A DNA stretch of 62,886 nt, filler included, from Aduncisulcus paluster (taxonomy: Eukaryota): NCBI GenBank assembly GCA_024181965.1. It is 8 parts of 8 records of this genome, joined end to end, with 100 filler letters (N's around TTAATTAATTAA, not from the genome) between each part and the next. Parts side by side here need not be neighbours in the genome. Positions count along the whole stretch, not along the records: positions 23,743 to 35,572 come from BQXS01012350.1; 7 more parts are not named here. One strand, given 5' to 3'. The notes under the pieces are model-generated. The model saw nothing but the letters and a program-made list of their open reading frames with translations. It did not search any database and was not told the origin of the DNA. Below, in pieces: positions 24,215 to 35,672 of this stretch; position 1 is the stretch's first letter, and each line of letters opens with the position of its first letter. Position numbers and translations under genes: made by a program.

Positions 24215-24884
24215 AAGAGGTCGAAGTTTGGATTTTCATTCTGTTTTTGTTTTTTTGTCTTTTCATCCCATCAAATTATATTATCAAATTACTCATCAGG
24301 TTCTCAAATTATTATCGTCGTATTATTCATCTTGGAAGTTCTATGCATGTCATTTCTGAAGCAGAATTCTGAATTTTAACTTTCTATTCTATTTTTAGAT
24401 ATTCTATTTTTAGAATATGGGTTTCGTTATTTGCAGCTTACTAGGATATTTGATCTAATTTTATCAAATATTGGTATAAATCCCCGTTTTTGCACGCACA
24501 ATGTATCATTAAATTCAACACCTGGAAGAAATTATTCTCAAAGATTATTTTTGAAAATTCCATAAAATTTTAAATTTTTGTGCAGTGAGTGTTACAATCA
24601 TTGTAACTCTAATTTAATGATCATCATTATATTAGAAGCAGTTTTTTTATATATATATTTATTTATTTCTATTTTTAGAAAATCCATTTTTAGAACATGA
24701 ATTTCTCTTTTCGTTCAAACATGTAGAAGGATGAAGAACTTTCGTTATTTCTTCAGAATATTGCTTGTCTCCTTTGATTTCTCTCTTTCATTTTCTTTCA
24801 CTCATCAGGGGTAATTAAAAATAAAAACATCGATCTGTCTCAATGATAATCCGATTCTCATAATATGAGTCATAATCGTTTGGA

Positions 24885-25192
24885 GGTTGTTTACTCTTGT
24901 TGTCGGGTTTAAATGTCCTCTGTCTCCTATCCCCCTTTGCACTAGACTCTGGCAGCCAACAGACAGGGAGAGCTACTGAACAAACTAGAATTGCTCACAA
25001 TGTGAAGCCTCACATTACATCGATTTTATTTTCAATGGCTGAAGTACTGATTAGTAACTAATCATTAGTTTTACTCAGTTCTATGATAGAAGACAGCGGT
25101 CCCAATCATCTAAACAATAGTAAAAAATCGCCCACTTTAGAGTCAGAACAACCGATTTAAAGGTTTTGAGGACGATTCAGTAAAATAACAAC
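24885..25192. ncRNA. Candidate structured non-coding RNA, family unknown
   Basis: No long ORF and more GC-rich than its flanks. Hairpins at 24918-24968, 24999-25016 and 25039-25079, with possible terminal pairings. No diagnostic family motif was recognised. Confidence 0.3.
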
Positions 25193-25219
25193 TAACTCAT
25201 CTTTTCAAAATTTGAAATT

Positions 25220-28200
25220 TCATTTGATTGCCGAATGTTTTTTGCTTGGACCTCCCAACAGAGAAGGTTTCCCACTCAATGAAAACACTTTTCTTGCCTC
25301 AACTAGTTCTCCTCTTTCTGCTTCAACCTCTTGAAGAACTTTGTTATATTCCTTTCGCATCTTATCTTTTGGCAAACTCTCTCCACCATTACATTTGCAT
25401 ACTCTCAAGCCCAAACATAACCACTTCTCGCATTCTTGTGTCTTGAATTGACCATATTTCTTCACCCCCATATTCCACACAAAGACACCCAGCCATCTTG
25501 TCTCTGCCAATGGGTAATGAGACCGTTCACAGAGCCCAACGGCCACTGTGGCATTGTGAAGGGTGGGATTGTTCTCGATTCCAATACGCAGTGCCTGTGC
25601 AACAATTCCTGTTTGATCCTTTGAGAGTTCAACCCCAATATGATTGATAAATTTACAAACACAGCCAATTGCAGTAATCGACCCATCTGTGACCCCACTA
25701 TTAGCACAAATGGCAGCAGCATGACTCAACACGACAACGGCATCACTTCTCCATTCCTTCTCACCCCGAGAACCAAGCAAATATGCCATTTCCTCAATTT
25801 TTTTTACGACCCTTTCTGTCTCTTTCTTCACACACTCACAAACATGGTGCAGAAAACATAACATGACTGCACAAATCGGAGATGATACTTGCATGATGGT
25901 GTCTGAGAAATATTTGCCTTCAATTCCATCGCATATCAATGTAACATAGTCCTCGTAGGCTGCATTACACTCTTCAATATGGGAACGAATGCCTTGCTTG
26001 GTCGAGAGATCAGAGAAAGAAAAGATGGCAAGGGAGAGAGCACGAGTAGCAAGGGAGAAAATGTCGGGACAGGAAATGGGGATTTCTGACTCTTCAATGA
26101 GCTTATCAAGATCCGTGAGATGCGATTTAATAACAAAACGAGCCTGTAAAATAGCAATACGTCCACACAGAGCGAGTAATTTCCCAGCAATGCTCAGTTC
26201 CTTGCTTCGAACACACATAATTCCATGGTTCCACAAGGAAGAACTCACAAACCCAGCACATGAAACAACTTCGGCGGCTTGAATGGGAGAATGAGAAGTA
26301 CCAAAGTGAGATTCAACGATCTTTTCACAAGCTCTCCCATACTCAACAAGCTCGGAGCCAATGGAACAGAGAATCTCAGAAGTGGTAATTCCACTTGATC
26401 CCGTAACACTACTGAGAGATAAGGAAACGAGAACCCTGATCACATCAAGGCTAAGCGAATCCAACCCTCCAGGCTTTGACAACAACTCGAGAGCAGCACG
26501 AGAAACAGCTTTTCTTCCTTCTTTATGAGCCGTTTGGGCAGCGACAACAAGGAAACCACGCTCGAAACCATCACACTTCATCAACTTCTGCAAGGTTTCA
26601 CGACAGCCAGATATATCATTAAGCATCATCCTAACCCTAAACAGAAGGAAGTAGGATGCCGGGGACACAGATTGTTCGATTTCACAGACATTTTGAGCAC
26701 AAACAAGAGCAGAGGAGTATTGTTTGGTGTCAAGAAGCACACAAGTCTTCAATTTCAGACATTCGAGGTATGTTGAGGAAAAAGAAAAACGTTCATCGGA
26801 GCCAATCCACTTTTCAACCAGAGAACACCATTCCAAGACACTTTTTAACTTTAAATCATCAGAAACGAATAAATTCTTGGCTTCTTCCAGACAAAATGCA
26901 GCATGTGCTTCATGACAGCCAACAGAACATGAGAATGCATGCATCGAGAGATGAAGGGCAAGATTGACCCGAAAAGCTGTCTTACCAGGAAGATCATCCG
27001 AAGTGGAATCCTCGGAAGCACACAAAAGAACCAGCACTTTCACGATAGCATTCCCAACCCGCTCTCGAAGACTATCAGCTGCAATCTTCTTCGACAATGA
27101 ACACAAAGTATTCACAAATAATTCAATCGCTCCACCTTTATACATTGGAATGGCCAGAGAACACAAGAGTGAGCAAACACACTCCTCGGAACCTTCAGAA
27201 ACTTCTTCTTCAACCAACCCAGAAAGACGGTTGATGTATTTCTTGGTATTAGAACTGTCAGAAAGATTACAATAAACCCGAAGGAGAACAAATAAGTCTG
27301 CAGCTTTGCATGCTCTCAAAATATCTGGAGAAACGTCACAAAGACCCAACAATTGTTCGGCCGTCTCAATAGCCTTAATAGCGTCATCACTCAATCCAGC
27401 ATCAACGCAAGACGCAGCAAAAAGTCTGAGAACAGCACTTTGTCGCTTCCGAACTTCATTCACAACAGGGGAGGTTGAAGAAAGAGCAGGATGAAGGTTC
27501 CCAGCTTCATACGCGAGGCGATACCATTTTGATGCCGCAGTTGCCTGTTCGATTGATGGATTCACCTGTTTCGTGAAAAAAGAAATACAAGACTCAGAAC
27601 CAGAATCAACCCCAAGACAAGAATCAGCAATATCAAGCATTATCCGGGCAGATTGTGGAACATTTTGCCTACAATGTGGTAGAATTACTTTCACTAACTC
27701 AGAAGCCAAAGAGATACTTTTCTCAAAATCGGGAGTATTCTGACACATCAGAAGTTGAAATTCATAAGAAGTCTTTTTGAATAAGAGTCCAATTTCTCGT
27801 TCAGAAAGATCAGATATATTACTCGTTCTTAAAGAAGTTAGTTCTTTCCATTTAATACCAATAAGGTCAAACTTTTCAGAAGCCTTATCATATTGGTGGC
27901 AATTGAAGTTCAATTTCCCAACAATTAAACCGATATGAATAAAGGTTGTGAGAAGAGGAATCGTTGGAGGAATTGTTTTGGAAAGAAGGACATAACACAA
28001 CTCACGAATAGCCATATCTTTCGAATTAGGCACGGATTCTTCAGAAAACTGTGAAATAATACTTGCTTTGTTCCAAATTGAGAAAGATATTCTTCTAATT
28101 ATTTTCTTCTGCTCATCTGAAGCAGAAGAAAAATCGATAGATTGTTGAATATCACATATTTCACAACATTGTTTTTCGGATATTTCTTCAATTTTCCCAA

Positions 28201-28319
28201 GTATTTGGAGCTTTGCTACATGAAAAATAGTGAAAGACAAATAAGAGATGAATGAATATCGCGACATGCGACAAGGAAAAAACAAAATGCTCAAATAACA
28301 TACATAAAAGATGTTCCAT
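25220..28319 (-). CDS. ZIP4: Probable meiotic ZMM protein ZIP4/SPO22/TEX11 (exons 28304-28319 and 25220-28215)
   Basis: About 1000-aa TPR-like protein with IWNKAS...AIRELCYVLL, LWNHG and C-terminal YPLAETRWLGVFVWNMGV...CEKWLCLGL. The spliced start reads MEHLLSKLQILG. Confidence 0.7.
28216..28303 (-). other. Spliceosomal intron (88 nt, phase 1)
   Basis: GTATGT...TTTTTCATGTAG. Removal joins the ATG at 28319 in frame to the long ORF, whose called start is TTG. Confidence 0.8.
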
Positions 28320-28644
28320 CCAAGATTAATAATTATTCAATTGCCTTGTATAAAATCGTCACAAATACAAATAAAAGAAAAACATAATTGTCCTTCTTCC
28401 GGCAAATATCAAAAACAATCATCCCATTCAAAAAATTGCCCCCAGAAGAGATGTAACATTACCAATATCAATATTAGAAGCTTTTTTAACCTCTTTTTCA
28501 ACATTTTATTCCTTCATAAGCTGTGATTAGATCAGTTAGACCACAGATCAATTCAATTGATGTTTAAGTTAAACATGCATTGAAAGAAGATAATCTTAAA
28601 TGAATAAAAAATATGATATCAATATAACAAAGAAATAAATTGAA

Positions 28645-29322
28645 TTATGTGGAAGGAACAACAAATACGCTAGCGACAGTAAAGATAACAACCATAGTCC
28701 AAAACAATAGCCACTCCCAAAATGAGAAAGAAGTGATAAGCTCAGACCGATCATCAATAATTCGAAAAACGATTGTAACAATCCCAACTACAATCAAAAT
28801 AATCCATCCAAAGAAAAAAAAGAAACGGATAAGAACACATCGTTCCCTTTGATGATCATTCGAAAATATTCCAAAAGAATACCAAATGATCAAACCTATC
28901 CATGCACCCAGCCAAAACATCGACGAAAATACAGTGCTTACAGTCTTTCCAAGATTTTGCCCATAACACCCAAAACACAAGAGTCCTACTAAAGCAATAT
29001 ACCATACAACCCCACTTATTATGGCAAATAATTTGCTATATTCACGAATATGATCAATTCCAAATCCAACAACAGGATAAAAAGCCCCAACAGCAAGAAA
29101 ACAAGCAAGCATTAACATAGCTGAGGCATTCTTATACAGAATGAAATTTGACATATCTTCAATGAGGTTATAGAACATTCGATACCGAGGAAATACATCA
29201 TCAACGGCAAGAATAAAAGCAACAAGAAAGAGAATCAAGGACAACAATCCCAAGACAGAACAAAAGACAAAAGTATTCCACCTTTTATCTTTCCAAAAAG
29301 TTAGATCACTAAAAACAGTCAT
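28645..29322 (-). CDS. Multipass (6-7 TM) membrane protein of unknown function
   Basis: First in-frame ATG is at 29322; highly hydrophobic ORF. Confidence 0.7.
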   Translation of the reverse strand: MTVFSDLTFWKDKRWNTFVFCSVLGLLSLILFLVAFILAVDDVFPRYRMFYNLIEDMSNFILYKNASAMLMLACFLAVGAFYPVVGFGIDHIREYSKLFAIISGVVWYIALVGLLCFGCYGQNLGKTVSTVFSSMFWLGAWIGLIIWYSFGIFSNDHQRERCVLIRFFFFFGWIILIVVGIVTIVFRIIDDRSELITSFSFWEWLLFWTMVVIFTVASVFVVPST

Positions 29323-29569
29323 TATAGATTCTACCCAATACAGCCATCTACTTTCTCTCAAATATTACCAACTTTATTTCTTATCAAAAAGAGCTATTTA
29401 TAGATAACAAAATAATATATTTTAAAAAAATATTTTAATTAAATTAATTGTAATACATTTTAATTTTTTATATAATTAATAATTTTAATTTTCTATTTTT
29501 AGACCAATTTTTTCAAACATGAATTATTTTCAAACATGAATTATTTCTAATGCCTTTTAATTGAATTTA

Positions 29570-30465
29570 TTACCACACACGTATTTCACCTTCCTGAATA
29601 TTATCTCCTTTTATAATTTTCAGAATACAATTATCTATTGTATGTCCAAACTTAACAAATGATCTTGCATGGATAGAATCGATATCAATTCGCAGTGAAT
29701 ACTTATTTCCTATTTGCTTCGATTCTTTAATTTCGAAATCAGAAATTGAATATTTAGAAAGGAAGGATTTGATTTTCTTGGTGTTATCAATTGATTGACC
29801 CAAAGATGACTTGAGTGTTACAGGACAAATTAGTAAAATAGAAACTCGAATTCTTTTAATAGGAATGATCCGCTTCAATTGTCGGATCACAGTCAATGCT
29901 TGAACTTTGGTTGATTTCTTTGGATGGACAGAATAATGAAGTTGATTTTTCATAGTTCTGAGAATAACATCAACAGGGTAGGGGATATCCATTCCATCAA
30001 ATTGTGGATTCAAGGTCATTTTGGAGACAGTGACTGCGATATCCCTATATTTTGCTTCCAGCTCAGCTTTCCTTTCTTCTTCCGAAACTTGCATTTCGCC
30101 GTTTTTCAATATATATTTAAAAACATCATCAATATTCTTTAATCTAAAAATGCTCTGAATATCAGCCTTTTTTGCTTTGATCCCTTTCACTACATCAGTA
30201 AATATAATGTTTGTCTGAAGAACTTCAGATAAATCCGTTTCTATCCCATTTCGCCAAGCTAGAACCTTATTTTTGTAGCAAGCTATTTCAAATTTGAATA
30301 TATCCTTTCTATATCTGACAACTGCGACATTGGTTAACCACTTTTGACCCTCGGGCTGAGAAAAAGGTGAAGAGATTATAACATCATGAATAATCCAATC
30401 AAAATAAAATAAAAAAGTAATTTACACAAGATTAATAAACATACTTGAACCAGTCTACGACTCAT
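29570..30465 (-). CDS. SBDS: Ribosome maturation protein SBDS/Sdo1 (exons 30445-30465 and 29570-30355)
   Basis: The spliced N-terminus reads MSRRLVQPEGQKWLTNVAVVRYRK...FEIACYKNKVLAWR. Also GEMQVSEEER and KSTKVQAL. The ORF track misses the first 62 codons. Confidence 0.95.
30356..30444 (-). other. Spliceosomal intron (89 nt, phase 0)
   Basis: GTATGT...CCTTTTTCTCAG. Removal restores the conserved SBDS N-terminus. Confidence 0.9.
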
Positions 30466-30590
30466 AGTTAACAAAAGGAAACGAAATAAATTATCAAGCA
30501 AAAAAAAATCAGAAAACATAGATTTATTTAATGATTTCGTGAATATTAACATCAATAATAATAATCCAAAATATTTACAAATTGTAATGT

Positions 30591-32198
30591 CTACTTTTGT
30601 CGAACAGGAAGAACAAGGAGCCTGAGAGCCGAAAGAGCTGTTTGCAAAAGATATGTTGGGTCTACTTTCCATTCGGATAGTGCATAATACTCAGCATCGG
30701 TCGTAGCTGCCATTCTACGATAAATGGACTGTTTCTCTCTTCCACTTATATAAAACGTTTTCCCTCTTCCAGAATATGAAACCGATTCTTCTGACTCACA
30801 TCTTGTGCTCGATTTATCAACATTATGAACGGGAAAAGTACTGCTTGAAGCTGTACTACGAACTGACATTTTCGAAGGCACCCTTGAAGGACTTTTTTGG
30901 ATAGGAATCACATGGCTTTCAACTCTTCCAGATGCTATATCTCCTCTAGTACTGTTTTCTGCAACATGATCAGCGATCATTATTTTCGCATCAGGATTGA
31001 GCACGGCAGGAGTATAAATCCCATCGTGCTGCTGGTGAAGTTTAGGAGGCTTTGGAGCCCTCGTTGGAGTTGGTGTATACATAACGTTGTCAGTTCCTCT
31101 TTGAGACTGTTTTTGTTTGGATGAAACCAGAGGACTTGATCTGTGATCATGTCCTTCATCGACCATCTTTGCTAATGTTTGAATATCTCCGGATCTACAG
31201 GGAATCCCATACACATGCTCAAGCCCACGGGTTGGAATATCACTGACGCCACGTGCTTTTGGAGAAAGACCCAAATCAACCATCCTGTTTGGATTATCAG
31301 GTTCAATAATATCACCCGTTAATTCAATATTCTCTCTCTTATCACCAGGAGAACTTAACGGAGATGATTGAACAGGTGCAGAGTGAGAATGGAATGATGG
31401 AGATTGACGAATATGAATTGAATCGGGAGAAACTTCCCTTTGAGCCAATGAAAGAGGGCTTGGAATATGCTCTAATGTGTGTGGAGAGGTTTGAGTACGT
31501 CCCATTTTCAATCCCTGCTCATGGGTTGGAGAAGGTTTGTGTGGTTGGGGAGTTGGTAAATAAAGGGATTTCGAAGGATCAAAACAAGTTTGAGAATCAG
31601 ATTTAAGTGGAGAAGTAGAATCATAGAAACATGGTTTTTTATCTGGATTTTCCAGATCAAAATTCTTCTTTGATGGTCTGCCAAATGGACTAGATTTTGA
31701 ACTTGGGTGAATTGCAGAATATGTACTAAATTTTTTTTTATCTTGAGGATTTCTTATCGTTTGTTCACTTTGTACGGGCAACGATTCAGCTTCCATAATA
31801 TCCTCCTCCTCACGAATAACAACTCTCTCCATTTCTTCTTTATAATGCGCTGCTTCTTCGGGAGTACCAAGATAGCACGATACAGGAAATAATATATGTT
31901 GTTTTTCCGATGTAAACTCGATATTTGTTTGATATATACCATGTGATATTCCACATTTAAGTGAAACTAGCTTTGCATCAAGTGTAACCTCAATAGTAAT
32001 ATTGTTAGAGCTAACGTTTTTCTCAATTGAACATATTTCGACAGCCAATGGACTATTTTCTTGAACAGATATCCGAAATTTACGAGAAAAAGCCGACCCA
32101 GCCATCATCGTGGCACGAAGCATTTTTTGTTTAACATCTTTTGGACCTATTACACCAAAATCAAGTGATTCTTGGCTAATTATTATTCCTCCTTCCAT
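30591..32198 (-). CDS. Hypothetical protein with an N-terminal ASH/PapD-like Ig domain and a Ser/Pro-rich tail
   Basis: ISQESLDFGVIG...FRISV...ITIEVTL beta-strand pattern. The start may be 32198 or 32285, or the ORF may be spliced to the upstream ORF. Confidence 0.55.
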   Translation of the reverse strand: MEGGIIISQESLDFGVIGPKDVKQKMLRATMMAGSAFSRKFRISVQENSPLAVEICSIEKNVSSNNITIEVTLDAKLVSLKCGISHGIYQTNIEFTSEKQHILFPVSCYLGTPEEAAHYKEEMERVVIREEEDIMEAESLPVQSEQTIRNPQDKKKFSTYSAIHPSSKSSPFGRPSKKNFDLENPDKKPCFYDSTSPLKSDSQTCFDPSKSLYLPTPQPHKPSPTHEQGLKMGRTQTSPHTLEHIPSPLSLAQREVSPDSIHIRQSPSFHSHSAPVQSSPLSSPGDKRENIELTGDIIEPDNPNRMVDLGLSPKARGVSDIPTRGLEHVYGIPCRSGDIQTLAKMVDEGHDHRSSPLVSSKQKQSQRGTDNVMYTPTPTRAPKPPKLHQQHDGIYTPAVLNPDAKIMIADHVAENSTRGDIASGRVESHVIPIQKSPSRVPSKMSVRSTASSSTFPVHNVDKSSTRCESEESVSYSGRGKTFYISGREKQSIYRRMAATTDAEYYALSEWKVDPTYLLQTALSALRLLVLPVRQK

Positions 32199-32295
32199 GA
32201 CATTACCAAAAACACTGTAAGTCGTGATAATTCCCGATAAAACCAAGTAAAAATCATAAGTTCTCAAAAAATTAGCAAAAGACATAAATAAAACA

Positions 32296-33918
32296 CTATT
32301 TTTGTTTTATTTTTTGCTTTCTACGCATTGATGGAGTGATATGTGGAGTTGATGATGGGACGAAGTGACTAGATTGTTTTTGATTATATTCAAGCAAAGT
32401 TTCTTTGGATATTCCTACTCCCAAGATATTTGAAGATATCTTCGCCTTTGTTGAATATGCTATCGTCTTGTGGGTGTATATTGGAGCACTCAAGGGTCTC
32501 GACCTTTGTTTTCTCATTGTGTATTTATCAAATTTATCTCGAGATTCCACCTTTTTAGCTTGTAAATGCGAAGATATACGACAACGAAGCTGTTCCTTCT
32601 CTTTTTGACTTTCGCGTAAAACTCGAAATCCTACAAAACTTCCCCACTCTTTTTTCCTTCGTTTCATACCAGTTTCTGAAATTAATTGAGCTGTTTGGGG
32701 CCGTGAACTCCGAGTATCTCTTTGAATATGACCCTGAGAAGAGTTTAATGAAGACGGGATTGCTGTTCTTGGACGAGCAACTCGTAATCGACTATCCTCC
32801 CTTTCTTTCTCCTCCATGTGTCTCATTGCAGACATAGGGCGTTGATTGGAATGTTTTATCTCTCCATGGCCAGAAATAGATCTGTGAGAAACAATATAAT
32901 CATCTTCATCCCAAACATGGACCTGGGGTTCAGAATGAGTAGTAGAACTGGAAGTAGTCTGAGATACCGGGACATCTTGACGAGACATTGATTCACTGGA
33001 ATCTTCACATACTCCACCAATCCAAAGAATATACGCGGCGACTCCAGGGAACTTTTGAAGAAGAAATTCTTTCATGATTCCATCAAAAGCTGCCCATGAA
33101 GATTGACTGGATAAAGAAGCGATAGCAGTAGCTTTTCCTTGTTTCAAAACAACACCAATACTCGGCTTTTGAGACAGGGATTCCGTACCATCAGCAGAAA
33201 TCATGCAGATTCGACCTATTCTTCCAACTGCCATCATAATTATCTTGATAACACTGCTTTGATTAGGAATAGAAGAGACTCCATGGGAAAGGGAATGAAT
33301 AACTGCAGGGGGGAGGCTCGGAATAGGATCACTTTTTTCAGATTCAGAAGGAGACACAGCTTCGGGTCTTTTGGAATCTTGGAAATCTCGTTCTTCATCT
33401 TCTTCAACACATGGAATGGAAATATCAATTAATTTCCCTGATTTGGATGGAATTTCTATTGATTTCCCACCAGAATCTTCATCAAAATCAAATATATATT
33501 CTTCACCTTTCATTTTCTTCGTTGTACCAAATTTTGTTTTATCAATACCTTTTTTGGGTTTTGTCTTTGCTTTTTCCATAAGCTCCCACGTCTCACAGAA
33601 ATCGACAACACATCGAAGAGAATAGGAAACAGCTTCTTTGTACAATAGTCTTTCCTTTTCACATATTGCCATTATTAAGGAGAGAATAAAGCTATTGTTA
33701 CCAAGAGAGATAGCTCGAATTGCATCTACACGGGCGCTTTCCCATAAATTTTGTCCCAAAAAAGCCAAAGATCGAAATATAAGAATATTCGATGATTTTG
33801 GAAATAATTCTAGAGCATTACAAAAGTTTACAATTGCTTTTGACAAACTTAATTTTTCAAGGGCTTCAAGACCGAAGTAAACACTCTTTAAGAACGATGA
33901 CGCATATAAGGGTCGCAT
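32296..33918 (-). CDS. TPR-containing protein with RPx(S/T)A repeats
   Basis: N-terminal TPRs (AIVNFCNALELFP...RSLAFL...ARVDAIRAISL), followed by RPMSA, RPRTA, RPQTA and RPLSA. Confidence 0.7.
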   Translation of the reverse strand: MRPLYASSFLKSVYFGLEALEKLSLSKAIVNFCNALELFPKSSNILIFRSLAFLGQNLWESARVDAIRAISLGNNSFILSLIMAICEKERLLYKEAVSYSLRCVVDFCETWELMEKAKTKPKKGIDKTKFGTTKKMKGEEYIFDFDEDSGGKSIEIPSKSGKLIDISIPCVEEDEERDFQDSKRPEAVSPSESEKSDPIPSLPPAVIHSLSHGVSSIPNQSSVIKIIMMAVGRIGRICMISADGTESLSQKPSIGVVLKQGKATAIASLSSQSSWAAFDGIMKEFLLQKFPGVAAYILWIGGVCEDSSESMSRQDVPVSQTTSSSTTHSEPQVHVWDEDDYIVSHRSISGHGEIKHSNQRPMSAMRHMEEKEREDSRLRVARPRTAIPSSLNSSQGHIQRDTRSSRPQTAQLISETGMKRRKKEWGSFVGFRVLRESQKEKEQLRCRISSHLQAKKVESRDKFDKYTMRKQRSRPLSAPIYTHKTIAYSTKAKISSNILGVGISKETLLEYNQKQSSHFVPSSTPHITPSMRRKQKIKQK

Positions 33919-34257
33919 ATGTTAATAGGGAATTAATCCAATCAAAAAAAATATGTATTATATATATGAAATGTAAAAATAAGATATTGAAATAAATATA
34001 TTTAATCGTAAAGTACAACAAAAATGGATTTGTTTCATGATTTGGGCTGCTTGAAAAAATTTATTGTCTTTTTCATTATATCTTTCTAAATCATGCCCAA
34101 TACATGATACAAGGCTGATCAAAACCCTTGAATTATGAACCAATCAACCAATAAAATGAGTTGAGGTAATCTCTCAATAATAAAGCAAAAACTAGAAAAT
34201 AAAAACCATCAAACAAAAATAAAGGCATGATTATACAACAAAATTTATCACATCAAT

Positions 34258-35433
34258 CTATTCGACCATTGCAACCATATCCTGGAACTCTTGATCGTCC
34301 CCACTATCATCTTTTGACATAGGGAGAGTTTCAGACATTTCTTTAAGGTATTTTGATGGATCTTCTGATAAATCTTTACATCCTATCCTGATTAAATCCT
34401 TTTCAGAGGTGTGAAATTCACTTTCAATCTTTTTAATCAATTCGCCCCAAGATATTTGATGGAATATCCAATCCTGATATAGTAATTTATGTCTCTGTGT
34501 CAGCGAGGATGTCATGAGTTTCCCCGCAGATGCAATTTCTCGGCGAACATTGTTTGCAAACAAGAATGGATCGGCTAATTCCTCCTTTGTGGGATAGTGG
34601 GCATCCAAGAATGTAATGGACACGTGGTTTATGAATTGGGATAACATAACACACAGATGAGGAAGAGCAGCGTTCACATCCCAATAAGGACGATCAAACA
34701 TATGAGGATATCTAATCAAGGCTCCTTGGACGGGAACACCCGCTCTAAATATACCGGCTTTAAATTGAATAAGCATCTTGGCATTGGTCGTAGCACCTTC
34801 TGGGAACACAATAATCCCTGGGGCATCTTTATCTTGGGCACGAGCAATCAATGCCTTTCTAACCTTAGAACGACTATCCTTATCATACCTATCAACAAAT
34901 ATAGATCCAGAAGTGGCAGCGATCAGACCAACAAGAGGGATTTTACGGACAAAAGAACTAGAAATGAATGATGTATAGCCTTGGGAGATGAGAAGGAGAA
35001 TATCCGCCCAAGAAGAATGAGGGCCCGCAACAGCAATCTTCGTCTGATGAGATTTACCCTTGACACGAATAAAATAATGCCCGGTGATAAATAATAAACT
35101 ACGAGCTGTAATTATCGTGAATATTCTAGCAACACGACCACAGCGAGACTTATGTGAAAATGCACCAAATTCATCAACTGATCCAAATAATCTCAAAGCT
35201 CGACACAAGAAAGAACACAAAGCAATGAAGAAGAGAGACGCAATCATACGAAGGGGGACAAGAATAAATCCCAGGAGTAATTTAAATAAATGATACGGAT
35301 AGAATACCTTCTTAGTTACGACTTCATGAAAAAAAGGGGCAAAAATTAACTTTTCGCGTTCCCGGAAAGATTTTCTAGATTTCCATCCTGTCTTTTCAAC
35401 AGGGGGGATATATCCAACACCAGTGGCAAACAT
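34258..35433 (-). CDS. Lysophospholipid acyltransferase (LPCAT/AGPAT family)
   Basis: PHSSWAD (HxxxxD), IFVDR, FPEGATTN, FKAGIF and FANNVR motifs. First ATG is at 35433. Confidence 0.92.
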   Translation of the reverse strand: MFATGVGYIPPVEKTGWKSRKSFREREKLIFAPFFHEVVTKKVFYPYHLFKLLLGFILVPLRMIASLFFIALCSFLCRALRLFGSVDEFGAFSHKSRCGRVARIFTIITARSLLFITGHYFIRVKGKSHQTKIAVAGPHSSWADILLLISQGYTSFISSSFVRKIPLVGLIAATSGSIFVDRYDKDSRSKVRKALIARAQDKDAPGIIVFPEGATTNAKMLIQFKAGIFRAGVPVQGALIRYPHMFDRPYWDVNAALPHLCVMLSQFINHVSITFLDAHYPTKEELADPFLFANNVRREIASAGKLMTSSLTQRHKLLYQDWIFHQISWGELIKKIESEFHTSEKDLIRIGCKDLSEDPSKYLKEMSETLPMSKDDSGDDQEFQDMVAMVE

Positions 35434-35572
35434 TGATCGATATATATCCAGAATGAATAATAAAATAATATGGGTCTGTTGGAAACAAAGCAAATTCTCG
35501 ATTGGTTCAAAAAAGCTCCATTTGGGTTCCTTATTCAGAAAAGAATAAGGAAAGAAGGATAAAAACAGCCAT

Positions 35573-35672
35573 NNNNNNNNNNNNNNNNNNNNNNNNNNNN
35601 NNNNNNNNNNNNNNNNTTAATTAATTAANNNNNNNNNNNNNNNNNNNNNNNNNNNNNNNNNNNNNNNNNNNN
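35573..35672. other. Artificial contig linker
   Basis: N44-TTAATTAATTAA-N44. Confidence 0.99.

Noticed and set aside
26631..26640. CTAACCCTAA, a telomerase-template-like or telomeric motif
   Set aside because: Single copy inside the ZIP4-like coding sequence (codons FRVR on the minus strand); chance is sufficient.
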